Positions 52,901-63,965 of a DNA stretch of 64,000 nt are shown here, piece after piece. The DNA lies in contig OX597814.1 in NCBI GenBank assembly GCA_951406725.2, positions 137,702,001 through 137,766,000 of the forward strand, written 5' to 3'. The first letter of the stretch is position 1, and every line of letters begins with the position of its first letter. The stretch comes from Octopus vulgaris. Taxonomy: Eukaryota. The translations under genes were made by a program, and so were the position numbers. The notes below the pieces were generated by a model. It had not been told where the DNA came from and ran no database searches. It worked only from the letters and a program-made list of their open reading frames with translations.

Positions 52901-55900
52901 AGGTGTTACTCAGGCACTCAACTATGAGCACACTGCATCTTATAGCAGAAACAACTGTAAGCTAATGAAGTTCATAAGATAATCATTAATTCCTTTGTCA
53001 TCTCATTTTCTTATCGCTGCTCTGTACTCATTCTGAAGCAGTGTATATTGAGGTTATTAGCCAGGTTAAATTTCAGATAAATTTTAATAACAAAATCTTA
53101 TATGGACCTCCACAAGGGCCATATGAACCCCGGTTGAAAACCACTGGTTTAGTGATAATGATATAATAAGAATTTAGAAATTTCAGGAAAATATGGAATA
53201 ATTCATTTTTGCAACATTGGAGCTTGAAGCAGATAAGCTATAAATAATAGCATGTAAATATTAGATTAAAACTCTTTGAACAGAAAAGTCAAAAGCTGTC
53301 CATGGAATACATAGGGCAGCCCTTGACTTATCTCATCCAAAGCATTTTTAACTTTACATTTATACATAATTATTTATCTGCTTCAAGATCTAGTGTTCCA
53401 AAAAAGAATATACTGTTAAGTTTTCAATAGTACATTCATTTAAATTTACTTTCTTTCCCATTTATTAGCAAGAAACTGAGGGAAATGGTTGCGATCTGGC
53501 TGAGCTTCATCATGAAATTACTAATTGGAAGACCAATTTTGTCAATGTTGAAAGCATTCAAGAGGAACAAATAATGGCTGAAAGCAGAAATTCAATTCTT
53601 CGTCGAGAGGTAAGAAAAATGTTTACAGTATTACATTTGACCCATTTTGATTGTTTGACCTATTTTGATTATTATATAAAGCACAAATCAGTCGATCATG
53701 TTGGGAATGGTTTAGGGATTCTGTTACTACTTCACATATGTTTCAGTTTTCTGTTTTGGCTCTTTCATTGATTAATACCTTCTTATATGAAAACAACACA
53801 TAAAGTCACATAGCCTGGTGGTTAGGATGTTGCACTTGCAATTGGAAGATTGTGGTTTCAATTCACAGACCAATGGTTTGTTGTGTTCTTGAGTAAAACA
53901 CTTCATTTCCCATTGCTCCTGTCCACTCAGCTGTAAATAGATAACCTTTTGGTGGGACTGGCATTTCATCCAAGGGGATGTCAATCTGGTCACCTAACCA
54001 GTGGTGTGGCATCATTCAAAGGATACAACAATGCAAAGAAGTGCATTGTGACCAGTGGTGCATAACAACATCTGATAGTCTGGTGAATGCAGTGATAATA
54101 GTACAGCATCTCAGGTGTATCAAGGAAGAAAAAAAACAATTAATAATGTATTGGAATCAGATAAATTCATTCATTTTCATACCCATTTATTTTAATCCTT
54201 TCCATTTCAATCTCTATTCTTCCTCTACAACTTTTGTTATCACTTTTGAAATTTGAATAAACTTTACTGCTTTTCAGGCATATAACTATAGAATGCCCAG
54301 GAGGAAAAAAAAAATGAATTTATCTGACTGCCCAATCCATGCCTTTCACAAGGACCTTAACATTGTCACTGAAATTGCTTCTATTGTTGCAGATGTGGCT
54401 TATTAACTGTTTACTACTTCCCCTCTTTATGTGAAGGCTTGGCTCAGTGGTTAAGAGGATATAATTCAGAGAAATACTATTTATATATCTATTTATACAA
54501 AAAAGTAAATTTTTTCCCAAATAAAATGTACCTCATATTTAATGCTCTGATGAAGCTATAAGGTGTTACTCAGGCACTCAACTATGAGCACACTGCATCT
54601 TATAGCAGAAACAACTGTAAGCTAATGAAGTTCATAAGATAATCATTAATTCCTTTGTCATCTCATTTTCTTATCGCTGCTCTGTACTCATTCTGAAGCA
54701 GTGTATATTGAGGTTATTAGCCAGGTTATTAGCCTTGCAATGCCTTAGTGAAATATCAAAATATCTATTTACTTAATCATATCTATGTAGAAACTAAAAG
54801 CATCAATTTCCTCAATATCTTTATGTGTATTTTAATATTCATTTATTTTGTCTTACAGGTGGATATTCTTCAAACAAAAATGAAAGTAAGTACTCAATAA
54901 TGTTTATTATACTAGCACTGCTTCTATTTAATATTTAAATTTGTTTTTACATATGCATTGCTCAGGTATTCTCACACATACTTTCCCCGCTGAATTCATA
55001 GAAGTTGTGGACTGGTGAAATGATTCATCTCTGATCCTGTTTGGGCACATGATGTTGATAAGCCACAAAAATGGCAAAACATCAATGTCCATCATTCCTA
55101 GATGGGATTAGAGGTGAGTTACCTCACCTGTCCATTACTTTCAGGTGTATTATCACCTGACGCTTTGAGAGAGTATTCTCTACCATACTATATCAGAGCA
55201 AATACACAAGCCATGTATGTTAAGCATATGTGGTTGATAATGTTTGTTACATGAGCACTACTTCTATTTCATATTTGAATTTATTCTGAAGTACTTATAA
55301 TTTGTTTTTGTATTCACTTTGCAAGACACTCTAGAAAAGTTGTAACTGGTAATGCTTCTAAAATACTTCTAAAAATAATATCTTTTAGTCATTTGATTTT
55401 GTATTATACATTCTTTGAGCCATTGCTGGGCATAATGACATTTTAATTAATATTTGTATCTTGGTACTTTCAGAATATTGAAAATGATTTTGAATCTTCA
55501 AAAAGTCATCTTACTGAGGTAAGCATTCATAGTTTATATAAAAAAGTTTTATTCAATAAAGTGTGACTTGCTGCTCAATGATTTCATGAAAAAAGAATTC
55601 CAAAAGTGAATACCTGGTGGGTTATGACTTTCAGAGAGCTTTTCCAGTAATGCTTTGTTTAAAATATATTTTCTCTGAAGCCTTTTGTGCATACATATAT
55701 ATGAGGGGTTAAAGTATGAGAGAAGGGGCAAGAGTATAGCAGATTTCTTGCTGTAGAGAAGCTACATGACTACACACACACATGTATATTCACATGCATT
55801 TTCATTTTCCCTCTCTCCATATATATATGCATATATATATACACACACACATTATGTGTGTTTATCGATCTATGTATCAGTCTGTCTATCTATCTAGATA

Positions 55901-55902
55901 TG

Positions 55903-55997
<95 letters not shown>

Positions 55998-58900
55998 ATA
56001 GTGCAAACTCAATGCAAATTTGTAATATTTCACAGAGTAAATATTAAATATATAAACAACAATTTTTCATCTATGTTCATGTATATATCTATGATGTGTG
56101 TATGTATATGTATATATAATCTTTTGCCTCTTTCTCTTTTTTTAGGCCAGTAAAAAATCAAAAGATTATCAAGAAAGAGTCTTTGAATTACAAGAAAAAA
56201 TGGAAACATTAATGGTGAGTACAAAATGTATATTTGGTATATTCAGTAACTACTGTTGTTAGAAAGAAAATAATTATATCCTTCTTTAAAGAATACATGT
56301 TCCAGTTCCTTGAAAACTGGAATAATCTCTTGTACTCTGCCTTAACATTCGGAAAAATGATGGTAAATTTTTTTTTAAATCGTAGACTCATCGTAGACGC
56401 GCGCTAATACCCAGAAGCGCTCGATATGAATCACGACTATAAGACACCGGCTTTTGGTTAAACTGCACCGCAAAATGTGGGAGTAGTTAGGAATCTAAAT
56501 CGGAGTAGACAGACACACACACACACAACTTTAGTTTTATATATAAAGATATATATATGGTAGGCATATGTGTGTGGTTGTCTCCCACAACCAGTTCACA
56601 ACCAGTGTTAATTTGTTTATGTCCCTGTAACTTAGCAGTTTGATAAAAGAGTTTGATTAAATAGGTACCAGGCTTTAAAGATAAGTACTGGGGTTGATTT
56701 GTTCAACTAAAACCTTTCAAGGCAATGCCCTAGCATGGAGACAGTCCAATGACTGAAACAAGTAAAAGAAGGAACATTCAAGTTAAAGAATAAAGATATG
56801 AACCATTAATTCAAGAAGGGGTTTTATTGCATTCCAAGTTTCATTAACACAATGCTACACAGATTAAGTCTGTTTATCTTTCTTTGGTAGTGTAGATTTT
56901 AGAAGAGAGATCACAGGTGTGAAATACTTACTTAGTTCTTTGATATCTGTATTGTGACATGTTTTCTTATTTTTTTACCTGCTCTTAACTTATCTTATAA
57001 ATTTTCATTGAAATCTTAGCAATTATACGAAGAAAAAACTGGACAACTTGCAGGCAAAAATATAGTTGCAGATGTATTGCGTTCTGTGGAAGCCCCAGAG
57101 TTTTCACCAGTGCGTCGAGATAGCGCTGCTTCAGTTACTTCAGCAGTATCACATGCTATTCCTGGTAATTATATGTTTTTTCAACTATATGGTTATCAGC
57201 TGCTCTCCTAGGTCTTTTGTTCTCTCCTTCTCTCTCATATATATATATATATATATATGTGTGTATGTGTGTGTGTGTGTGTGTAAGTGTATGTATATAT
57301 ATATATCTGTATATATGTATATGTGCATGTGTGTATATATAAATATTATTTACAAAATAACAAGATGGAATGAACAGGCTTTGAAATGCATATTATGAGG
57401 TTATTACTCAGATGATATTAAATACACACACACACATACTCAAGCATTGTTTTGTTAAATAAGGTAAGCCCTCTAACACTCTAACTCTGCAGTCAATCTA
57501 GTTGCAATTGATATTGCTGGCCAGCAGGAGTAGGCAATACCTTCATAGCTGCATTATAGGCCGCTGGGCAAATCAGTTCACTCGGCCCTATAGTATTTAT
57601 TGACAACAAACCACTGTATACATAGATTTGAATTCGTTTCCTAAACTCATGGGACCACACTTGCAGCTGTTCAGTGTGTCTTTGCCTCAAAATGGCATTG
57701 TGAGCAGGAGATACATTTTGCTGAGCAACTCTATCTCCACTACATATACATATTAAGACTCACTTTAACTTGACAGATGTAAGATTCTGAATCTGTTTGC
57801 AATATTTTCTTTTCTTCTCTTTCCTTCATACAAAAATCTGTCATTCTTTTGCGCTTCCATTTTCTATATTATCTGATACATTCCATTTCAGCTCCTCCAC
57901 CGGTACCACCAATCAGGGAGAATAACTCTAATTACTCATCCAAAAGAAAATTTGAACCTAAAGTTAATTTACCAGTCTTAAATTGGCTCCCATTGAGCAA
58001 TGTTCGAAAAACAATTTTTGAAGTAAGTCCTTTGAAGAAAATAAATGTCTTTCATATTCTCATGATCAATTATTATATTCAAAGTGGTACACCAGCTTGG
58101 ACATAATCCAATGATTGAAACAAGTAAAAGTCAGGTACATTAGATAGATGGTTGTTAACACTTACATCACAGTCAGAAACCTTATCAACAGCTCTTTGCT
58201 CTTTATTCTCAAACAAATGCTGAATATATTTTTTGCTAACTATTTATGCTTTTAAGTATGCACAAACACACACACACATACACCCACACACACATGCACC
58301 CCACACACAAACTAATTCATACATGTAATACATATTTATATACCCTGGCACCTGTATACAAACATACTTCCTTTGTAAGTCTTTGGACTCTGAAGTTGGG
58401 TCAAGTATCTCTATCCATTTATAAACTTTGTTGGATGCAAAAAGATTTATTTTTGACTAGTTTATGCAAAAATGTGCACAATCTGAGAAAAATAACACCT
58501 ATCAATAAAGTTATCAAATATATTCAGCTCAGGAAATGGACAATGGATGATAGGATAGAAGAAAGCGAAGACAGGTTTTCTGTGATGGCTGAGTAATATT
58601 TTATGTATTGTTTCAGGAACTCAGTGATGATGTCGTATACCAAGAAATTGATTTCTCTGATTTTGAAACCAAATTCCAGATTTCTAATAACAATACCAAT
58701 GCTTTCAACCGATCTTTTAAATGTAAGTACTACAAATTATTATAGTTAACTTTTTCAATTTCAGTATATGTTACATCGTGTGTGTGTTTGTGTGTGTGTA
58801 TAGGTATTATTATGGGGACACTGATGAGGTAAAGTGTATGATTTCATTGGTTCTATAACTATTATGTAATTATTTCAGCATTTTGTTGAAACATGTGTAT

Positions 58901-61900
58901 GACCTATAAAGCATTGAATACCATACATGTTTTCTGCTTATTATTATTATTTCGATTATATGCCTTAAGAAAGTTTGCCTAACTGTTAATGATAAATTTT
59001 TGTCTTTCAAATGGAAGGAAAGTTAAACCTCAGTTTGTCAACTTTGCCTTTCATTCTTATGTAGTTCTTAAAATATATCGATCCCAGTCAAGTATTGGGG
59101 TCGATTTGATATACCTATTAATCATCCTAGATATGAATGGAATTATTAATAGGAAATGAAAAATACTTAATTTGTGACTGATATATATAAATGTGATTAC
59201 CATAACATTGCGCAGGATCGTAAGTTATGTTATGTAGGGGAAATAACTACAATTTAGTTGCATATATAAAATTATAAATGTGCCAAGGGAAATAAATCTA
59301 CTGAACATAGAACTCGAGCTGTAAAACGTGTTGATCTCACATTCAAATGTATGTTTTAATAGCTCCTTTGTATTATACTATTATACCCTTTTCTTCATTA
59401 GGATTTAATTTTAAAAATCAACTAATTAGTTTGAATTTCAAACTATATTCATTTTTACCTTTTCTTTTGGTAGTTTCAGTCAAGTAGACTGAGAACATAC
59501 TGTATTAATTTTATTACTTTATGAAAACTGTTTTTATTTGTTTTAATAGCTGTTCGCAAATTAAAAAACAGACTGAAGGTGTTGGATAATCATCGTGCGA
59601 GAAATTTAGGTATGTTATTTCTGTATATTTTACATTAGTTTTACAATTTCAGTTTTTGAAGACACAACTTATAAGATGCATATTTTGTTTGATAGCAACT
59701 AAATACCCTCAATATCATGCTATTTATTATTTTTTAAAGATAAAGAATTTAGTCCTACTGTTTGGCATCTTGGGCCAATATCTTCTACTATAGCCCTTGG
59801 TAGACAAAAACTGCATGGAAGTGTGTCGTGTGTGTGTGTTACTGTCTCCTTGCTTTGACTTCAGATGGTAGTTGTAAATGAATGTCACCATCATACAAGC
59901 ATTTCTTTCATTTCCAATCTTCCATGCAAACATGCCAAATCAAATACTACCTTACTTGGAAACAGATGAGGGTTTGTGACAGGAAAGGTATCCAGCTGTA
60001 AAAAATTCTGTCCAACCTATACAAACATGGAAAAGTGGTCATTAAAATGATGATGATGATGATGAAATCAATAGTAAGCAATTAAAAAAATACTGATGTT
60101 TCTTTCATGTTGGTGATGTCAGGATTTTGTGTGGATGTAGTTTGGCAGGCTGTTTTGAAACGTTCTTTAAATAAGATTCTTGATGTGAAATTGTGTGTTG
60201 AAACAGATTACGAAGTCCATACATCAGTGAAATGTCATTAGCTACAGCTTGGAAATTGTTGGCCATGTGTTTCTTTAGTCCTCAGATGTTTGACCACATC
60301 ATGACGTGAGCATTGAGGATCTTTCTTCTCTCCTCATGCACTTGTAATGTTGTTTCTCTTATGTTGGAGATGTAGGGTTGCATTGCTTGGATGTAGCTTG
60401 GCAGGTTGTCTATCGATGTTCTGCTGGACTTATCTGTGGGGAGGTACATAACCTCCCTATTCTTTGCGCATTGTATGAGTTTATGCAAGCCACATGCGAA
60501 TTCTTAAACCACAGAATATAGTGTTTTTCAGCATTTTGCTATCCTGGTTGATGCTCATGTTGTTACATTTATGTATTTATTTTGCAAGATTCTTGATGTG
60601 ACATTTTCCTTTTGTGTATTTTTAACCTATGCCTTTCTTCAACGCCTGTTTTCCAGTTATAACTCAAAGAAAGATTGGTCACTCTGCCCATCAAATACGT
60701 GAATATATTGACAAATATGACACTAAAAATCTCCATGGAGACTATGCGGAACTTCTATTAAAATATGTGCCTACCAAAGATGAAGTAAGCTTTATTGTTG
60801 TTTTGTTGTTGTTGTTTTTTTTTCTTTCATATTTATGCATTCTTAGCTTCAGTTATATAGTAATTTCTACTGAACACACCTATAGAGCTGACAAATGAAC
60901 CTCCATGCTGGTCGTTCAACCAGCTAGAAATAGCAGTCAGATTTCCATCACATCACATTCTGTTATTAAGAAAGAATGGATGCATTGAGTACGATAGTTC
61001 GAAATATATAAAAGGTTCAATTGTTACAACTATAGCAAAAACAGCATACACTCATACACACACACACCATGTATGTGTGAGGGAGAACACAATATTACAA
61101 GCACAGTTGGAGCTTTTGCTTTATTCTTTCATTGCAATATGGTCAGAAGTTTCAACTTGCATCACTACAAAAGAAATATGATCAGTTCTATCTATATATA
61201 TATATTTGTTTGAGAATAGTACAATTGAACAATGTCACTTTGTATTTTACTGAAACTAAGACAATAAAATATACAAAAAATAGTGGCTGTTATTGTTATA
61301 TAAATTGATTATAAGGAGAAATACATTGTTATTTTTGCAATACACTACTAAATACATGAAATAAATCATTGCTCATGTTTATGGGGGAACTGTGACAACA
61401 TTTTTGACAACCAAGTGAGGGCTTTTATCATTGTTATATATTTTATATGGTCTTCATGATTATTGTACTCATTCAGTTATTATTTTACTTCTCCCTCTTC
61501 AGGCAAAGATTCTTTCCAGATATTCCAAAGACTATTTCACTTTGGATATGTCAGAACAGCTTATGTATCAGGTAGGTTTCAATTTTATCAATATATTAAA
61601 AAAAATATACATGATAAGTAAATTGTTTGTTGATGGATAATTGATTAATAACTGATCTCAGTAATATTTTGTCAAAGAAATATGACTTTCTGTATATAAC
61701 AAAATGATTATCACCATCTTAGGACCATTTTAATGCTTGTAAAATTATCACTAGGAAGGCAAAGGATGCCATTGTGTATAACAGGCTCTCCTGTTTCACT
61801 TAAAACTGTCTCTTACTTCCCATATTGTAGTCAGGCTTCTTGATTCCTCAGCTACAGGATCAATATTAACCATGTAGAATCCTTCTTCCAGCACCATTCC

Positions 61901-63630
61901 TCAACCAACATAACCCTGAAAACAACACACCTGCTCTTAAAGCTACCATATTTGTTGCACTTAATCTATCAGTTTCTTTTGCCAAACCTCTAAGTTACAG
62001 GTATGTAAAGAAACCAACACCAGTTGCCAAATAGCAATGATCAATAAGCACTAACATAGAGACAAACACACACACACACACTCAAGATGAGCTTCTTTCA
62101 GTTTCTGTCTACAAACTCCAGCCTGACACTATAGTAGAAGACATTTGTCCAAGGTACCATGAACCCAAAATCATATGGCTGGGAAGCAAATTTCTTACTG
62201 CACTTCCACACCTGTGTCTATGTTGAATGTAAAATGTACATTTTTAATAAAATTTCCTTTAAATTCAACAGCTACTCTAAATGTAATTGATTTTGTTTTA
62301 AATATCTAAACTGATTGTTTCCTTGCAGTTGTCTCACATTGATAGAGTAGAGAACAAACTGAAAGTGATGACTTTCATGGGACAATACCCAGATATTGTC
62401 AACAACCTGAAACCAGTAAGTAACTGCTTTAATATTAAATGTAAAATAACCTATACATTTGACACATTCTGACTTCATTTGCATCTTCTTTGTTATTTCT
62501 ATATTTCAAATTTGAACTCCTAATTCCACTAAAAATTATGAGATTATTATATTACCCCCTGTACAAACTATCTGCTAGGGCAGATGGCTGTCAACTACTA
62601 GGCTGTAAATCAGATGTGGATCATTTGGTACCAGACCGCATAGAAAGAATAAACTTTAAAATTTTATTTCTATTTTAGTGACTATTGCATTCTGCAGTGT
62701 GTTTTTGCATTATATATGTAATATATATGCATTATATATGTAATAATTAAATTATATATTATGCACTCTATTGTGTTTAGTTATGTTCATGATCCCTGTT
62801 CTGTGGAAAAATTGTCTTGCCTAAATCAAGTCCGTGGAGCAAAAAATGATTGGGAACCACTGTACTTGGGGACTCCTCAGTAGTCATTAAGTTTTCTGTT
62901 AATCATAAACAGACCAGTAACATTACAAAAAAATATTAAGTAATAATCATGTAATGTACTAAATGAATTTTTCAGCTTATTTTCTTATTCAAACTGAGCA
63001 AATTCAGTTTCATTAAGCTATCAAGTATTAAGATGATACCCTATTCAAATATTTCATTATATGTGTACCATCTTTAGAATATGATAAATTTATGATATAG
63101 TGTATATAACAGTTACTTCTAACTCTAGTAAGAGCCTTAGATACTAAAGAATTAACCCTTTAGCATTCAGATTACTCTGTCAAATGTAATACTTATTTAT
63201 TCACATTGTTTTGAATTAATCATGCATTATCTTGTAACTTCGAGATTTCAATGATGTGACTGATTATTTTTACAATGACATTATCAAGTAGGTTTTTGAG
63301 AGGCTGGGTCTTGCTGGTCTTGAATATAAAACAGATAGAATATTTAGACCTAATATGCCTGGTTAAGATGTTAGAGTTAAATATGGATTAATGAGCCAAA
63401 AACTAATGTAAACTTAGAATGTCCTAGGAGTAATGAATTTAAAAAAATATTCTGTTTGATTTGTATCAACTCTAAACTCCAGTTTCTTTTGTATATTGAA
63501 ACCCAGATGCAATATAGTGAAACATGACACAATATAATGAAAACTGCATGTTTTTTTTTAGCAAATTACCAAAATCACTGAATGCTCAAAATCTCTAGCA
63601 GATAATGCAGAACTGAAGAAAATTTTTGAG
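39034..63630 (+). CDS. FMNL: Divergent FMNL/FRL-class formin (GBD/FH3, coiled coil, vestigial FH1, FH2); 20 exons in window, 3' end beyond the window
   Basis: All 20 exons join in frame at GT-AG sites (2429 nt). The translation aligns by eye, collinearly, with FMNL motifs: LKGDLRL..NFVLEYIN, DDEHDCLMCLK, FGEPMRFKLLM, VACLRFAN, NHRVFLQHQL..AGLD, LPVLNW, DFSDFE, RARNLVIT.RK, LLKYVPTKDE, MTFMG, LKKIFE. The symbol denotes family; orthology is not established. Confidence 0.9.
40937..40990 (+). CDS. Formin exon DSLSQLDNEGINSNIEKK
   Basis: tttcag| acceptor, AAG|gtaatt donor, phase 0-0. Confidence 0.8.
41624..41881 (+). mobile_element. Young tRNA-derived SINE with target-site duplication
   Basis: A box TGGCTTAGTGG, B box GTTTCGATTC, (TTATT)n tail, and a 14-bp TSD TATTAAACCATTTT at 41610-41623 and 41882-41895. 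Confidence 0.9.
41964..42166 (+). CDS. Formin exon MLSRPTNAVPLYIECLKK...LQRLKGDLRLAEE (GBD)
   Basis: ttcttag| acceptor, AA|gtaagt donor (phase 2). Confidence 0.9.
42832..42985 (+). CDS. Formin exon FVLEYINKPNRGMILMVHLLQ...YQQQL
   Basis: ttttgcag|T completes AAT (Asn); donor CTG|gtatgt. Confidence 0.9.
45018..45495. mobile_element. (CAT)n-tailed SINE (minus strand) fused to a Deu-like SINE 3' fragment
   Basis: (CAT)n at 45018-45069 then gtttaatgttcgttttccatgctagc...; ggttgactttgcctttcat from 45371. Confidence 0.85.
48217..48267 (+). CDS. Formin exon DDEHDCLMCLKYMLRFK
   Basis: tttcag| ... AAA|gtaagt; resembles FMNL DDVHVCIMCLRAIMN. Confidence 0.92.
49343..49441 (+). CDS. Formin exon AAIQKFLDIRHSLETVSHSLINGISKTKLAALQ
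   Basis: tttatag| ... CAG|gtaaaa; resembles FMNL IALSLNNKNPRTKALVLE. Confidence 0.92.
50355..50610 (-). mobile_element. CR1-like LINE 3' tail fragment (related pieces at about 5845, 26985 and 49560)
   Basis: Minus strand reads LRVADAWNTLLASVVSCQSNASFKT (CR1 RV...WN.LP..VV...S..SFK motif), followed by a shared 3' UTR and (ATT)n tail. Confidence 0.75.
50957..51106 (+). CDS. Formin exon IFTICLTEVNGLHCVLEAF...FGEPMRFKLLMNML...SFQ (FH3)
   Basis: ttacag| ... CAG|gtgcgt. Confidence 0.93.
52334..52450 (+). CDS. Formin exon VACLRFANTMLN...NHRVFLQHQLLAAGLDIDFLEK (FH3)
   Basis: ctcatag| ... AAG|gtatgt. Confidence 0.94.
52845..53068 (+). repeat. 224-bp direct repeat, copy 1, containing a type I hammerhead-like motif; interrupts a hAT-type MITE
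   Basis: Matches 54505-54728 with one visible mismatch. CTGATGA 52887-52893, stem II gctataaggtg/catcttatagc, GAAA 52948-52951, GTA 52957-52959, stem I GCT/AGC. Confidence 0.8.
53469..53609 (+). CDS. Formin exon QETEGNGCDLAELHHEITNWKTNFVNVE...ILRRE
   Basis: tattag| ... GAG|gtaaga. Confidence 0.9.
54505..54728 (+). repeat. 224-bp direct repeat, copy 2, containing a type I hammerhead-like motif
   Basis: CTGATGA 54547-54553, GAAA 54608-54611, GTA 54617-54619; offset 1660 bp from copy 1. Confidence 0.8.
54859..54885 (+). CDS. Formin 27-nt microexon VDILQTKMK
   Basis: cttacag| ... AAA|gtaagt, phase 0-0, coiled-coil-like. Confidence 0.8.
55474..55518 (+). CDS. Formin 45-nt exon NIENDFESSKSHLTE
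   Basis: tttcag| ... GAG|gtaagc. Confidence 0.8.
56146..56214 (+). CDS. Formin exon ASKKSKDYQERVFELQEKMETLM
   Basis: Long pyrimidine tract ttttag| ... ATG|gtgagt. Confidence 0.87.
56345..56550 (-). mobile_element. CpG-rich young insertion, possibly a non-autonomous Helitron-like end
   Basis: Dense CpG in otherwise depleted DNA. The minus strand starts ATCTTTATATATAAAA then (TG)n/TGTC, reminiscent of microsatellite-bearing Helitron 5' ends. Confidence 0.4.
57020..57164 (+). CDS. Formin exon QLYEEKTGQLAG...SAVSHAIP
   Basis: tcttag| ... CCT G|gtaatt (phase 1). Confidence 0.85.
57892..58022 (+). CDS. Formin exon APPPVPP...KRKFEPKVNLPVLNWLPLSNVRKTIFE (vestigial FH1 plus FH2 lasso)
   Basis: tttcag|CT completes GCT; donor GAA|gtaagt; lasso motif LP.LNW...TIF. 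Confidence 0.93.
58617..58722 (+). CDS. Formin exon ELSDDVVYQEIDFSDFETKFQ...
   Basis: tttcag| ... AAA T|gtaagt (phase 1). Confidence 0.92.
58816..58904 (+). ncRNA. Degenerate type I hammerhead-like motif
   Basis: GGACA|CTGATGA (58821-58827), wobble-rich stem II, GAAA 58888-58891, C-atgt-GTA, then TGACC pairing with GGACA (one mismatch). Confidence 0.45.
59550..59609 (+). CDS. Formin exon SVRKLKNRLKVLDNHRARNL
   Basis: aatag|CT ... TTA G|gtatgt; resembles FMNL VTLLEANRAKNL. Confidence 0.93.
60657..60784 (+). CDS. Formin exon VITQRKIGHSAHQIREYIDKYD...LLKYVPTKDE
   Basis: ttccag|TT ... GAA|gtaagc; carries the FH2 knob Ile. Confidence 0.94.
61503..61571 (+). CDS. Formin exon AKILSRYSKDYFTLDMSEQLMYQ
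   Basis: cttcag| ... CAG|gtaggt. Confidence 0.92.
62329..62415 (+). CDS. Formin exon LSHIDRVENKLKVMTFMGQYPDIVNNLKP
   Basis: ttgcag| ... CCA|gtaagt; resembles FMNL FSKIERL.QKMTIMAFIGNF. Confidence 0.93.
63152..63380 (+). mobile_element. TTAA-flanked piggyBac-like MITE
   Basis: TTAACCCTTTAGCATTCAGATTACTCTGTC...gagTTAA. Confidence 0.8.
63562..63630 (+). CDS. Formin exon QITKITECSKSLADNAELKKIFE
   Basis: ttttag| ... GAG|gtattt; resembles FMNL QLHAIIAAS.SIKSS.KLKKILE. Confidence 0.92.
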
Positions 63631-63780
63631 GTATTTAAAATTTTTTTTTTTTGCTTTTTTATGTGGATCAATTATAACACATGAAGTATAACATAATTAG
63701 GATTTATATTAGATGAGAAATCACTTAAACTGTAAATAAACCTAATACCTCAAATACTTGTATTTTCTGTTGGACAAAAT

Positions 63781-63851
<71 letters not shown>

Positions 63852-63881
63852 AGAGTTACAGAATAGAGTAGATAAGATCCA

Positions 63882-63965
63882 GGCTACATATGTTTCATAG
63901 TGAGCAGAACCTCAGAAGTGATAAATATCCAGGCGGGGTGTATACCTCAGGCTACTCTTCAGGCC
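63882..63965 (-). ncRNA. Minimal type I hammerhead ribozyme with intact catalytic core
   Basis: Minus strand: GGC|CTGAAGA|GTAG...CTAT|GAAA|C-ATAT-G|TA|GCC. Stem I 3 bp, stem II 4 bp at the base, palindromic ATAT loop III. Confidence 0.7.
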
